Shown here: positions 1 to 10,153 of the stretch, in pieces
Numbering within the stretch: position 1 is the stretch's first letter
Layout of the letters: the number at the start of each line of letters is the position of its first letter
Origin: Myxococcota bacterium
GTDB taxonomy: Bacteria; Myxococcota_A; UBA796; GCA-2862545
NCBI GenBank assembly: GCA_039208735.1
Contig: JBCCQY010000008.1
Location: 1 to 64,000 of the forward strand
Direction of reading: 5' to 3'
Length of the DNA stretch: 64,000 nt
Notes under the pieces: generated by a model
Seen by the model: only the letters and a program-made list of their open reading frames with translations
Databases searched by the model: none
Told to the model about the DNA's origin: nothing
Position numbers and translations under genes: made by a program

Positions 1-15
1 ATGAAATTCATTATC
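1..15. promoter_or_regulatory. Partial Fur-box-like site cut by the window edge
   Basis: ATGAAATTCATTATC matches 13/15 of the 3' part of the Fur consensus GATAATGATAATCATTATC and is nearly identical to the site at 1546-1564; AT-rich patch in GC-rich DNA. Confidence 0.45.
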
Positions 16-56
16 AATAGATCGGCACGCACACCGATTGGAGATCGAGAGCCGAG

Positions 57-1295
57 TTGGCCCATCGAGGAGGAGTCTTGGTTGAACGTGCCACGCTCGA
101 CGCAAGCAAGTCGACGCTCTTCGTTCGAAGGTCTATGGAGCCGTGTACGGTGGCGCGTTTCACGGCGGCGGCTGTCCGCTACGGCTCGCCCAGCCTTCGT
201 CGCTGGGCTCTTTTTGATGGCGCGGCCTGTGCCTCCACGCGGCGCATCAACGGTCTTCCATTTGGCCTGGCGTGTTTCGTGGAGACTTCGGATACCGATG
301 GTATCGAGCTTTCGTGGGCAGGGTCAGTGGCTCCCGTAAGGCGTGGTGCGAACCTTCAGACCGTCGCCGTGGGTCGGCTTTGCTGGTCCCACGGACGCCT
401 CTTCGATCCAAGAGACTTGGATGCGCCGTTTGACCTAGACACTTGGCTCGATGTCGAGACGTTGCTGCTGGAATGCCGGGGAATCTCAAAGATGATGGGC
501 CGGTCCTCGATCCTTGAACTCGAGGAACTGCTTCGAACCAGCTTGTGGACGGACTTCCCGGATGTGGCCAAGCGTATTGGTCCTCCGGACCTCGAGGGAC
601 TCCGGAGGTGGCCCGCCGCGGGATTGCCTGCAGCGCTCCGGGACTTGTGGACCCGATGGGGTTCATCGACGGGACCTCTGCACGGCGATTGGTCGTTTCT
701 CGGGCCCCGTGAGAGTGCAGCACGCATGGTGGTTCCAGAAATGGTACCGGTCTGGTCGCTCGAGGGCCTTCTTGCCTACATCGACGTCGCCGGTGACCTC
801 GGGCCACCAGGATGCATCGTCATCAGCGGACAGAGCGTGCTCTACCCCTCGCTCGAGGACCTCTTCGAAGAGTTTAACCAAGAGCTCGACTCCGGGTATT
901 GGTTGTTCGATGACGATCGGTTGACTCCCAATCTGTTTTTTTCAGAGGATGCGACGCCAGCCTTCGAAGTGTACGTGCCCGCTGGACAAACCCCATTTGG
1001 CCACCCGATTCGGGAGGCCCTGCGGAATTGGCCAGCCAACTCCTTGGCCGAAGGAAATTCGCAGGTACGCCGAATCGTCCGGCGACTCTTGGCTCCTTGC
1101 TACCAGCCGTTGATGGTCGCGACGCAGCGCTCCACGGGGATTCGGGAAGACGAGCTGTCGGTGCTTTCCGACCGCCTTCAAGACGACGGATTGGTCATGG
1201 CAAGGCCACTTCTGCGTCAAATTGTACGGGCCGTCGGCGCGATCATGAACACCCGAGGAACGGCGCCTGGGTCGCAGTTCATCGTTCACGGCTAA
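57..1295 (+). CDS. Hypothetical protein with a central SMI1/KNR4 (SUKH)-like domain
   Basis: 412-aa ORF; LPAALRDLW...YIDVAGDLGPPGCIV...YPSLEDLFEEF resembles SUKH immunity domains; start uncertain. Confidence 0.45.
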   Translation: MAHRGGVLVERATLDASKSTLFVRRSMEPCTVARFTAAAVRYGSPSLRRWALFDGAACASTRRINGLPFGLACFVETSDTDGIELSWAGSVAPVRRGANLQTVAVGRLCWSHGRLFDPRDLDAPFDLDTWLDVETLLLECRGISKMMGRSSILELEELLRTSLWTDFPDVAKRIGPPDLEGLRRWPAAGLPAALRDLWTRWGSSTGPLHGDWSFLGPRESAARMVVPEMVPVWSLEGLLAYIDVAGDLGPPGCIVISGQSVLYPSLEDLFEEFNQELDSGYWLFDDDRLTPNLFFSEDATPAFEVYVPAGQTPFGHPIREALRNWPANSLAEGNSQVRRIVRRLLAPCYQPLMVATQRSTGIREDELSVLSDRLQDDGLVMARPLLRQIVRAVGAIMNTRGTAPGSQFIVHG

Positions 1296-1545
1296 ACGGA
1301 GCAGGCCCCCACGACGTTCGCATCGGCTTTCACGATCGCTGCAACAGCCATTAGGGACAGGGTCGAGGTGGATGCCGCGGCCGTCGTGGCGTCCTCACTC
1401 GTAGAGGTTCACCTAGGGATTGGTGTCGCAGCCGTCAACGCCCCTTGGTGACCCGCGGAGACTTCCTGCAACCCAAGGCTGCACACAGGTCATCGAGACT
1501 TCTGACCTCCACGATGGAAAGATCTCCGTGGGTCAAGACGATATT

Positions 1546-1564
1546 GAAAATGAAATTCGTTATC
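1546..1564. promoter_or_regulatory. Fur box upstream of TonB-dependent receptor
   Basis: GAAAATGAAATTCGTTATC, 15/19 match to GATAATGATAATCATTATC, about 60 bp before the receptor start. Confidence 0.75.
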
Positions 1565-1623
1565 ATTAAGCGGTCTCGCGCCTCGCGCCTCGATGCCACC
1601 TAGTCTCGGGATTGGCTGCGTTC

Positions 1624-3789
1624 ATGAATGGATTTCTCCAACCGATCTGGATTGCCAGCCTCACCCCTGGCCGAGCCCTCGCACAACAAGTTCCCTCCGA
1701 ACCGCCAGCGACGATGGAGGTGGTGGTCACGGCGGAGTCCGCTGCTGAGGCGGTGGAGTCTGGGGGCTACGCGGTCGAGTCTGTTGAGACGAAGGCGTTC
1801 CAATCCCAAACGGCAACCCTCAACGATCTCGTCGAGACGCTGCCCGGCATCCGGATTCGACGCAGCGGCGGCATCGGGTCGAGCTTCCAGTACTCAATCC
1901 AGGGTCTCAGCGGCCGGTCCGTCCGCTTCTTCGTCGATGGCATCCCGATGGACTTCTTCGGCCGTGCGTACTCGGTCAACACGCTGCCGGCGTCGTTCGT
2001 GGATCGCATCGATGTCTACAAGGGCGTCGCGCCAGTCGAACTCGGCGCCGATGCGCTCGGAGGCGCTGTCAACCTCGTCACGCGAACCGTCGACGGGCCG
2101 GCGGGTGAAGCCTCGTTGTCGTATGGCTCGTTCGACTCCTACGAGCTGACTGGCCATGTGCAGCATCGGGGACGGCGGGGGCTCACCCTTCGGGCGAGCG
2201 CACTCGGCATGACCACAAACAACGACTACGAAGTGCAAGGCCCAGACGTCGTAGTGGCCGACGACGCAGGCAGACCCGTCGAGATCCGCGCCCGCCGCTT
2301 TAACGACCAGTTCCGCTCGCTCGTGCTCAAGGCAGAGGTCGGGGCAACAGGCGTTCCATGGGCGGACCGCTTCATGGTCGGAATGCTCTTTACCGACCTC
2401 GAGCAAGGGATTCAGACCGGCCAGACCATGCGGCAGGTCTACGGCGAAGCCACCTATGCCGAGCGGGTCTTCGTCCCGTCGGTGATGTATCGCCACGATC
2501 TCGGGGTGCCCGGGCTCTTGGTGCAGGCCACAGTCGTGACCCCGTTCAAACGAGGAACCACCAATGATACCTCGCGCAACCTCTACGACTGGAGCGGGGA
2601 GGTCATCAACACCTCCGAACTCGGCGGCGAGCTCAACGGCGGACGCGGGGCGTCGCGGTTCACGCTGACCGAGAACGCTACGCTCGGTCGCCTCAATCTG
2701 AGCTATCGACCCGGCCGACATCATGCGGTCGGGCTCAACGTGCTCGCGACGGACGTCACCCGAACTGGTGATGACCCCTTCCTCTCGGAGTTCACGACGC
2801 CACTCGTCGACCCGCAGGGCCTCACCAAGGTGGTGAGCGGCGCGAGCTACCAGCTCACTGCTGCCGATGACCGCCTCGTCGCCTCTGCCTTCGCGAAGGG
2901 CTTCGTGTACCGGGCAACGGTAAACGACAGCGCCCTAACGACGACCGAGGACGGCACACAGGTCACGGTCTCTCGGCCCATCGACAGTCGGCTGGCGGAG
3001 CCTGGCGGCGGGGTGGCGGTTCGCATGCGGCTAAGCGAGCGTGTCCTCGTCAAGGCCTCGGCGGAGCAGACCTACCGGCTGCCCGACAGCGACGAGGCGC
3101 TCGGGAACGGCTTCGTCATCCTCAACTCACCGGGACTGCTCCCTGAAGATAGTCAGAACGTCAACACGGGTGTACGACTCGGTCGCTTCGGGGGCTCTGC
3201 AGGACTTCGCGCGAACGTCTCGGGCTTCGTTCGTTGGACCGACAACCTCATCTTGCTCACCGTCGTGGATGGCCAGGGACGGGGGCAGTTCCAGAACGTG
3301 GCAAGCACGCGCGGGTTGGGAGTTGAGGCGGAGCTGTTGTTCGACGTCGACCGGTCGTTCGAGCTGTCGGTCAACGGGACCTACCTGGACGTCCGCAACA
3401 GCCAACGGTTCGTGTCGGAGGGCGTTGAGAACGTCGTGTTCGGCGACCGCCTGCGCAACACACCCTATCTGATGGGCAATGCAACGGTCCGATGGGGTAC
3501 CGACGCGCTGTTTCGTTCGAAGACGGGCTTCTTTGTCTACTGGAACACCCTGTACGTCCACCCGTTCTTCCTGAACTGGCCCAGCCTGGGGGCATCGGAC
3601 ACCAAGGACGTCGTGCCTGCGCAGTTCGTCAGCGACCTGGGAGCCAGTGTCGCTTGGCCAACGTCGGCTCGCGGCAGTGTCTCGCTCGGACTCGACCTAT
3701 CCAACGTGTTCGATGCTCAGGCCTTCGACAACTTCGCCCTCCAGAAGCCAGGCCGGGCCGTGTTCGGCAAGCTCCGCTGGCAGAACTGA
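1624..3789 (+). CDS. TonB-dependent receptor (plug and barrel), probably for an iron complex
   Basis: TonB-box-like EVVVTA; plug motifs PGIRIRRSGG, FFVDGIP, RIDVYKG, DALGGAVN; C-terminal NFALQKPGRAVFGKL. Confidence 0.93.
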   Translation: MNGFLQPIWIASLTPGRALAQQVPSEPPATMEVVVTAESAAEAVESGGYAVESVETKAFQSQTATLNDLVETLPGIRIRRSGGIGSSFQYSIQGLSGRSVRFFVDGIPMDFFGRAYSVNTLPASFVDRIDVYKGVAPVELGADALGGAVNLVTRTVDGPAGEASLSYGSFDSYELTGHVQHRGRRGLTLRASALGMTTNNDYEVQGPDVVVADDAGRPVEIRARRFNDQFRSLVLKAEVGATGVPWADRFMVGMLFTDLEQGIQTGQTMRQVYGEATYAERVFVPSVMYRHDLGVPGLLVQATVVTPFKRGTTNDTSRNLYDWSGEVINTSELGGELNGGRGASRFTLTENATLGRLNLSYRPGRHHAVGLNVLATDVTRTGDDPFLSEFTTPLVDPQGLTKVVSGASYQLTAADDRLVASAFAKGFVYRATVNDSALTTTEDGTQVTVSRPIDSRLAEPGGGVAVRMRLSERVLVKASAEQTYRLPDSDEALGNGFVILNSPGLLPEDSQNVNTGVRLGRFGGSAGLRANVSGFVRWTDNLILLTVVDGQGRGQFQNVASTRGLGVEAELLFDVDRSFELSVNGTYLDVRNSQRFVSEGVENVVFGDRLRNTPYLMGNATVRWGTDALFRSKTGFFVYWNTLYVHPFFLNWPSLGASDTKDVVPAQFVSDLGASVAWPTSARGSVSLGLDLSNVFDAQAFDNFALQKPGRAVFGKLRWQN

Positions 3790-3813
3790 ACCGATTCCAA
3801 CCCGAGGTGAACC

Positions 3814-5046
3814 GTGAAGAGTCTGATTTCCATAGTGTTCCTGAGCCTGGGGCCCGCCGCCCTTCTGGCCTGCACCGAAGAACCCAACTCGACGACGTCG
3901 AGCGGGGACCTGCACGTCTTGGCCCAGGTCGGCGAAGGAGACGCGACTGCGACATATCTGGCGCCGACGGGCGACTTCGCATCCGGCTCATTGACGTTCC
4001 TCGGCAACGGCACCGAACTCGGCGACGTATACGAGGCGGTCGCGGTGGGAGGCCACATCTATGCCCAGGATTTCTCATCGACGGAGTTGGTGAAGCTCAC
4101 GCCGAACGGCTCAGGGGGCTACACGCGCGACAGCGCCTTGCTCATCACGAGTGTGACGGCGGGGGGCTACTTCCGCACGCTCAAGGTCATCGACGACGCG
4201 ACGGTGTTGTGCATGACCTGGCCTGACCCGGCAGGCAACGTCGACTATGCCTTTGTTGATCTGACAGACTTCTCGTTTGCCGACTCGGGCTCCTTCGTCA
4301 TGCAGCCGCTCGAAGACGAAGACTACGTTCCCACCGAACTCGGGTCCCCGGTTGTCGTCGGTGACAAGGTCTACGTGGGCACGATGTACACGTACCTCGA
4401 CACCTACGACTTCAGCCCAGATCTCCACACGCTGGTCCTGGACTACCCCTCATTCGCGAATCCGGTCCGCTTCAGCTCGGACCTATCGGTCGGAACCACC
4501 GGTGGGTTCGTCACGCAGTCGATGTTCGAGGACGAGAGCGGCTACGTCTACCAGCACAATATCCGTAGCAAGTTCTGGTACAACATGGGCACCGCCGAGG
4601 ACCAGGACACCTACGTGCTCCGCATCGCACCGGGAGAGCGTGCATATGACGAAAGCTACGCCTTCAACATCTCGGAGCAGTTCGACGAGGAGGTGAGCCT
4701 CATCCAGCTCACCTACGTAGGGGACGGCATCGCGTTCGGAGCCATGCTGTGGGAGGATCGGGCGACCGACTGGGAAGAGGCCTACGCACAGAACCGTGGC
4801 TTCATCGCCAAGTTCGACCTCGAGGCGCAGACCGTCACGGCGATGGACCTGCCCGACAGCCCTGTGCTGACGACGTCGGGTCCGCTGGTCGAGAACGGCA
4901 CATTCTACATGCCACTCGCACCGCGTGGTGAGCAGGCACGTATCTACGCGCTCGACCCTACTGGGGGCAGTGATGCTTTCACCGAGGGGCTCGAGCTTGA
5001 CGGAAACAACATCGAGATCCGCGGCTTGTACCGCACGACGCCGTAG
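3814..5046 (+). CDS. DUF4374-like beta-propeller lipoprotein (XusB-like surface partner of the receptor)
   Basis: Lipobox LLAC; acidic beta-rich sequence with DESGYVY and VLRIAPGERAYDESYAFNI; sits between TBDT and PepSY as in Bacteroidota loci. Confidence 0.65.
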   Translation: MKSLISIVFLSLGPAALLACTEEPNSTTSSGDLHVLAQVGEGDATATYLAPTGDFASGSLTFLGNGTELGDVYEAVAVGGHIYAQDFSSTELVKLTPNGSGGYTRDSALLITSVTAGGYFRTLKVIDDATVLCMTWPDPAGNVDYAFVDLTDFSFADSGSFVMQPLEDEDYVPTELGSPVVVGDKVYVGTMYTYLDTYDFSPDLHTLVLDYPSFANPVRFSSDLSVGTTGGFVTQSMFEDESGYVYQHNIRSKFWYNMGTAEDQDTYVLRIAPGERAYDESYAFNISEQFDEEVSLIQLTYVGDGIAFGAMLWEDRATDWEEAYAQNRGFIAKFDLEAQTVTAMDLPDSPVLTTSGPLVENGTFYMPLAPRGEQARIYALDPTGGSDAFTEGLELDGNNIEIRGLYRTTP

Positions 5047-5055
5047 GTCCATCGC

Positions 5056-5414
5056 GTGACGCTACGCCGCCTGGCGGGACGCCTCCACCTGTGGTTGGGG
5101 TCCTCCTGCCTCTCGAGCGGGGCTAAGCGAGCCACCTACGACCTGCACAACGTGCTTGGCTTCTACGCGAGCGGAGTGCTGCGGCTGATCGCGATGACGG
5201 GATTGGTATGGTCCTTCCAATGGTTCGGCGAGGGCGTGTACTGGATCACCTCGGCGGGCGCGCCCAAGACCGAGCTGCCGAATTGGAAGGAGCGGCTGAC
5301 GCATTCGGGGCCGCTCATGTGGGAGCCTAGCTCGGGTTCCCAACGAAGATCCTCACTTTTCTGACGATCCTAATCTCGGCGCGCCTTCCCGTGACGGGCG
5401 TGTCGATCTGTTTT
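5056..5414 (+). pseudogene. PepSY-associated TM helix protein remnant
   Basis: N-terminal RLHLWLG is joined almost directly to YDLHNVLGFY...TGLVWSFQWF (large internal deletion); the C-terminal motif HVGA*LGFPTKIL...LPVTG lies in another frame with TAG at 5328-5330. Confidence 0.8.
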
Positions 5415-5477
5415 CCCACGCGGGGGTTCTTTGGCACGCTGAGACCCATGTCTAGCCAACCCACCGGAGAAGAGCCC

Positions 5478-6479
5478 TCAGCCGAACCCGTTGACCTGTA
5501 GGGCCGTAGCGAGCCCCGCGACGTTCGCTTTTTCGGCTCGGATGCGGGCCGTCGCTGCCACAGCCTGGGGGTGTCGCATCGCATCGACCGCCGTAGCAAA
5601 GCTCGGCCTCGACTGGACCGCATTCCAATACGCCCCTATGGCAGGCCGCCCGTCCAAGAACGCATCGAGGGTGTCGGCTTCATCCAATCGATTGAGGAGC
5701 ACGGCCCAGCTCACATCGGCGAGCGTAAAGTCAGCGCCCAACATCCAAGGTCCCTCACTCCGGGTCAGCCGAATCTCGAGTTCGTCGAGAGCGGTGTGCA
5801 TGCCGTTGACTGCTTCGCGGTACCGCGCGATGGCTGGTGCGAGCCAGTGAAGGCGGCGCAGACCTACCCCCTTCAACAGCAGGAAGAACATCGGACGGAT
5901 ACGCATCGGGTGGAACAACAGCCCCTCGATGAGTTGATGAATCGGAATGCCTTCGGCCATCGCTGCGAACATGGGAATCGTCAGCGCGGGAACCAAGTTT
6001 CCAGGTCGCGATCGATCCCGCAGCGGATCGCCCTTCAGCGATGCTCGATCCACCCATATGTCCATCTCGGCCCTCGCGGTCGACTCGGTGGGAACCAGGG
6101 ACCGATCTGGCGCGTGGGCCGCGACGTAGGCGAGGATGTCATGGGACTCATAGACCGGGCGGCCCTCGTGCACCAGAACCGGCACGAGACCGGCTGGATT
6201 CACGGCGAGAAAGCGTCGGCCAATGTTCTCGTAGGCTCCCGTCTCAACGAGGTTGATGGGATGGCTGCGGTAGGCGACCTGCAGCTCCTCGAGACAGAGC
6301 CGGACCTTGTTGGAGCATAGCGAAAACGCATTGTGGTACAGCTCAAAAGCTTCGGTATGGGGAAGCATGATGTCGTCATGACGCCCCCCGGCCATGGGGC
6401 GGGTGCGACGATAGCGCGATTCGGTCCACCACGAGACCAATGCCAGCCCAAGCCCGAACCAAACGACAAGCCAGATCAT
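5478..6479 (-). CDS. Glutathione S-transferase family protein with N-terminal hydrophobic helix
   Basis: SLCSNKVRLCLEE, NPAGLVPVL, YESHDI, GADFTLADV; AGGAGG RBS before ATG at 6479. Confidence 0.88.
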   Translation of the reverse strand: MIWLVVWFGLGLALVSWWTESRYRRTRPMAGGRHDDIMLPHTEAFELYHNAFSLCSNKVRLCLEELQVAYRSHPINLVETGAYENIGRRFLAVNPAGLVPVLVHEGRPVYESHDILAYVAAHAPDRSLVPTESTARAEMDIWVDRASLKGDPLRDRSRPGNLVPALTIPMFAAMAEGIPIHQLIEGLLFHPMRIRPMFFLLLKGVGLRRLHWLAPAIARYREAVNGMHTALDELEIRLTRSEGPWMLGADFTLADVSWAVLLNRLDEADTLDAFLDGRPAIGAYWNAVQSRPSFATAVDAMRHPQAVAATARIRAEKANVAGLATALQVNGFG

Positions 6480-6567
6480 CGCGACCTCCTGATGGGGATC
6501 CGAATACGGATGCCGTCCCCTGGTAGACTGGTGAGATCTATATTCGATCTTAGATGAAAAATCTATT

Positions 6568-6585
6568 AATGATGATTTCATCATT
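6568..6585. promoter_or_regulatory. Palindromic operator between divergent GST and VOC genes (probable TetR site)
   Basis: AATGATGA-TT-TCATCATT, perfect 8-bp inverted repeat in an AT-rich intergenic region. Confidence 0.6.
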
Positions 6586-6597
6586 TATGAGGTCGAC

Positions 6598-7671
6598 ATG
6601 CCCCAGCTCACCACTTTGCAGCCCATGCGCCCAACGAATCCTACGGTTCGGGTTAATGAACTCTTGCATCTGGTGGTCGAACGACCCGACCCGAACGCGG
6701 CCAAACCGTTCCTCATGGACTTTGGGCTCCGGATTGCTCGAGAGGAGCACCACGTGCTCTACCTACGGGCGACAGGTCCCAGTGCGTACTGCTACCGCGT
6801 GCAGCGTGGCCCCCGACCCCGCTTCCTTGGTCTTGGGCTTGCCGTCGCCTCCCGCCAGGACCTCGAGTCGCTCGCGAACCTCCCGGGTGCAAGCCCGATC
6901 CAAACAAGCCCTCACCCGGGAGGTGGCGAGGTCGTGGTCCTGACCGATCCTTCTGGGTTTCTCGTGGAGGCGGTGTTCGGTCATGAACGTGTCCCCTCAC
7001 TCCCCAGCCGGCCACCGCTGCCGGCCAACCTTGGGGGTCACCCCACGCGCATCAACGTGACCCAGCGCTCACCACGCTCACCGCCGGAAGTGCTCCGGCT
7101 TGGCCACCTCGTCCTCGAAGTCGCAAACTTTCAGGCCACCTGCCGCTGGTACACCGAGCACTTTGGCCTTCTGCCGAGCGATGTGCAGGTGCTGCCCGAC
7201 GGATCGCCGGCCGTGGTGTTCTTAAGGCTGGACCTTGGTGACGTCCCCGCCGATCACCACACCATCGCCATTGCACAGGGATTCGCGCCAGCCTTTGGCC
7301 ATAGTGCCTTCGAGGTCGTCGACGCCGATGCGGTCGGCATGGGGCAACGAATGTTGCAGCAGCGAGGCTTTCGGCATGCCTGGGGCATTGGTCGACATGT
7401 CTTAGGCAGTCAGATCTTCGACTACTGGGCCGATCCCTGGGGTGCCAAGCACGAGCACTACTGCGATGGCGACGTGTTCACCGCGGACGTGCCCATGGGC
7501 GTTCACGCTGTGAGCCGCGAGGCCATGGCCCAGTGGGGGCCTCCCATGCCCGCTTCCTTCACCCGTCCGCGCATCACGCTGTCCAACCTCATCGCGATGG
7601 TGCACCACCTACGAACAAGCCCCGACCTGACGTTGTCCAAGCTCATAACCCTCGCTCGAATCTTTGCCTGA
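6598..7671 (+). CDS. VOC family extradiol-type ring-cleavage dioxygenase
   Basis: RLGHLVL, DHHTIA, GHSAFEV, WGIGRHVLGSQIFDYWADPWG..HEHYCDGD. Confidence 0.88.
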   Translation: MPQLTTLQPMRPTNPTVRVNELLHLVVERPDPNAAKPFLMDFGLRIAREEHHVLYLRATGPSAYCYRVQRGPRPRFLGLGLAVASRQDLESLANLPGASPIQTSPHPGGGEVVVLTDPSGFLVEAVFGHERVPSLPSRPPLPANLGGHPTRINVTQRSPRSPPEVLRLGHLVLEVANFQATCRWYTEHFGLLPSDVQVLPDGSPAVVFLRLDLGDVPADHHTIAIAQGFAPAFGHSAFEVVDADAVGMGQRMLQQRGFRHAWGIGRHVLGSQIFDYWADPWGAKHEHYCDGDVFTADVPMGVHAVSREAMAQWGPPMPASFTRPRITLSNLIAMVHHLRTSPDLTLSKLITLARIFA

Positions 7672-7679
7672 GGCCCACC

Positions 7680-8633
7680 ATGCCTACCTACGTCATTCGC
7701 TATGAGCACCAGGGCGCGCGACGGTGGGGGGTCGTCCGCGATGACCACATCCTCCCGATTCCCGGAACGTTTGAATCCACGGGAGGGTTTCTTCGGGCCG
7801 TTGACCCTCGTGACCTCGCAAACCTGGATGGAGACCCGATTGCCAAAGTCGACGTGAACGTGCGGTCTCCCGTGACACGAAACCAACAGTTCGTTTGTCA
7901 GGGAGCGAATTATCGCCAGCACATGATCGAATCGGGGGTCGACCCCAATTCCAAGACCTTCAACATGATTTTCACCAAGGCCTCGAGTTGCATTGTCGCA
8001 GCGGATTCCCCGGTCGTTCGCCCCAAGCAAGTCGCCTATCTGGACTATGAACTCGAACTCGGCCTGATCATCGGGCGCCCAATCACGGGGCCTCTCGAGA
8101 TTACCCGGGCGACCTTGCATGAATTCGTGGCCGGAATTGTGATCGTCAACGACTACTCTGCCCGCGACATCCAGATTCCCCAGATGCAGTTCTACAAGGG
8201 CAAAAGCTTCCGCACGTTTGGTCCCGTGGGGCCCTATCTTTGCTTGCTCGAAGCGGACGAAGTCGATGCCTTGCACGAACTCGACCTGACCCTCACGGTC
8301 AACGGTGAGGTTCGCCAGCACGACAACACGCGCAACCTTGTGTACGCGCCGGCAGAGACCCTCACTGAACTCTCTGGACTGCAGGATTTCGCGGTGGGCG
8401 ACCTTCTCGCTACGGGAACACCGGCTGGCTGCGCCCTATCGATCCCCTCGCCGTTCATCCAACGGCTGGCGGGGTTGCTCCCCGAAGCCCTGAAGTGGAG
8501 GCTGTTTCTAAACGCACAGGCCAGGCGCAGCCAATACTTAAAACCAGGCGACGTGGTCGAGGCGAGCATTCGGAGTCCGGATGGTCGAATCGATCTTGGC
8601 ACCCAGCGCAACGTCATCGAAGCTGCCCCATGA
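7680..8633 (+). CDS. Fumarylacetoacetate hydrolase family protein
   Basis: GANYRQH, FTK, LDYELELG, NDYSARDIQ, KGKSFRTFGPVGP, GDLLATGTPAG. Confidence 0.92.
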   Translation: MPTYVIRYEHQGARRWGVVRDDHILPIPGTFESTGGFLRAVDPRDLANLDGDPIAKVDVNVRSPVTRNQQFVCQGANYRQHMIESGVDPNSKTFNMIFTKASSCIVAADSPVVRPKQVAYLDYELELGLIIGRPITGPLEITRATLHEFVAGIVIVNDYSARDIQIPQMQFYKGKSFRTFGPVGPYLCLLEADEVDALHELDLTLTVNGEVRQHDNTRNLVYAPAETLTELSGLQDFAVGDLLATGTPAGCALSIPSPFIQRLAGLLPEALKWRLFLNAQARRSQYLKPGDVVEASIRSPDGRIDLGTQRNVIEAAP

Positions 8634-10153
8634 GCAGGGACGACGACGCGTTTGACGTCCTCGTGGTGGGGTTCGGACCCGTGGGCGCGACCGTTTGCTG
8701 CCTCCTCGGCCAATATGGGGTGCGGGTGCTCGTGATCGACAAGGCAGACGGCATCTACCTCCACCCCCGAGCCATTGCACTGGACAATGAAGCACTGCGC
8801 ATCCTTCAGCTCGCAGGTCTCCCCACGGGGGCCTTCGAGACGCTGCCTATCCCCACGGTCCGGTTGCACTGCCCCTACGTCGGCCAGTTCGCAGAAATCG
8901 ACACGAGCGGAACGATCGACGGTCATCCCAAGCTTGTGACGTTCCATCAACCGAGCCTCGAAGCCGCGCTTCGAGCGACCGTGGCCACCCATCCCACGGT
9001 GACGGTCGCCACCGGTGTTGAGTTGGTCCACTTTGACGACATGGGGGATTCCGTTCGGGCAACTTTGCGCACCATCGACGGCGAACGAAGGGTGCAGGCA
9101 CGGTTTTTGGTCGGGGCAGACGGAGCACGGTCTACCGTTCGCAGGGCGACGGGCCAACGCTTCGAGGGCCAGACCCACGCCGAGGAATGGCTCGTCGTCG
9201 ACGCTCGCAACGTGCCTGGCACGTTCGATCACGTGGAGTTCCTCTGTGATCCCAACCGCCCCACCCCTCACATGGTCGCCCCCGACGGACGCATCCGCTG
9301 GGAGTTCATGCTGAGACCTGGCGAAACGAAGGACCACATGGAACGTGAAGACACGATCCGTCAGCTCCTCGCTCCGTGGGACCCCACAGGGAGAGCCGAG
9401 CTGGAGCGCGTCGCGGTGTATCGTTTCCATGCGCGGTCGTGCGATGCCTACCGGGTGGGAAGCGTGTTCCTCGCTGGTGATGCGGCGCACCTGACCCCTC
9501 CATTCGCCGGCCAAGGCTTGGTGTCGGGGCTGCGCGACGCCATCAACCTCGCTTGGAAGCTCTCCTGGGTCCTTTGCAATCGCGTATCTGAACGTATCCT
9601 CGATAGCTACGATGAGGAACGACGACCCCATGCATTGAAGATGATCGGGCTCGCGCGTTTCATGGGGGCGTTGATCATGCCGCGCAGCCACGCGATAGCC
9701 GCTCTGGTTCACGGTGCTCTGCGCTTGGGGCAGTGGGTCCCCGGCATACGGCGGCAACTCACCGAGATGCGAATCAAGCCTCCCCACGCGTTCGACAAAG
9801 GCTTGTTCGTCTCGGGTCGAGGGCGCTATCGTCGCGGGGGATGGTTTCCTCAGGTCCGACTCGGGGTCTCGGGGAGGGACAACATCTGGAGTGACGACGT
9901 GCTGGGGCCAGGCTTTGCATTGGTTGGATTAGGCGGTGACATTCGGCTTTCATCCGCAACCCAGCGAACGTGGGAAACGCTCGGGGGTCGAATCGTGACC
10001 CTCGACATGGCGGCCCCTCCTCCGGCTTGGTGTGCCGTCGTCCGGCCCGATCGCACCATCGTCAACGATGGTCCTGCATGCGACGCTGAACGGGTCACCC
10101 GACAAGCCCTTGCCTGCCTGGCGTCCTCCGGGAGCCCAGCGCATGGCGGATAG
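8630..10153 (+). CDS. FAD-dependent aromatic monooxygenase (MhpA-like)
   Basis: GFGPVG, GADGARSTVR, LAGDAAHLTPPFAGQGLVSGLRDAINLAWKL, VVRPDR; ATGA overlap with the FAH gene. Confidence 0.92.
   Translation: MSRDDDAFDVLVVGFGPVGATVCCLLGQYGVRVLVIDKADGIYLHPRAIALDNEALRILQLAGLPTGAFETLPIPTVRLHCPYVGQFAEIDTSGTIDGHPKLVTFHQPSLEAALRATVATHPTVTVATGVELVHFDDMGDSVRATLRTIDGERRVQARFLVGADGARSTVRRATGQRFEGQTHAEEWLVVDARNVPGTFDHVEFLCDPNRPTPHMVAPDGRIRWEFMLRPGETKDHMEREDTIRQLLAPWDPTGRAELERVAVYRFHARSCDAYRVGSVFLAGDAAHLTPPFAGQGLVSGLRDAINLAWKLSWVLCNRVSERILDSYDEERRPHALKMIGLARFMGALIMPRSHAIAALVHGALRLGQWVPGIRRQLTEMRIKPPHAFDKGLFVSGRGRYRRGGWFPQVRLGVSGRDNIWSDDVLGPGFALVGLGGDIRLSSATQRTWETLGGRIVTLDMAAPPPAWCAVVRPDRTIVNDGPACDAERVTRQALACLASSGSPAHGG

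Noticed and set aside
8234..9787. 517-aa antisense ORF and similar long shadow ORFs (e.g. 49352-50731, 60828-61952)
   Set aside because: They overlap well-supported genes on the opposite strand; expected from high-GC codon bias and carry no motifs.
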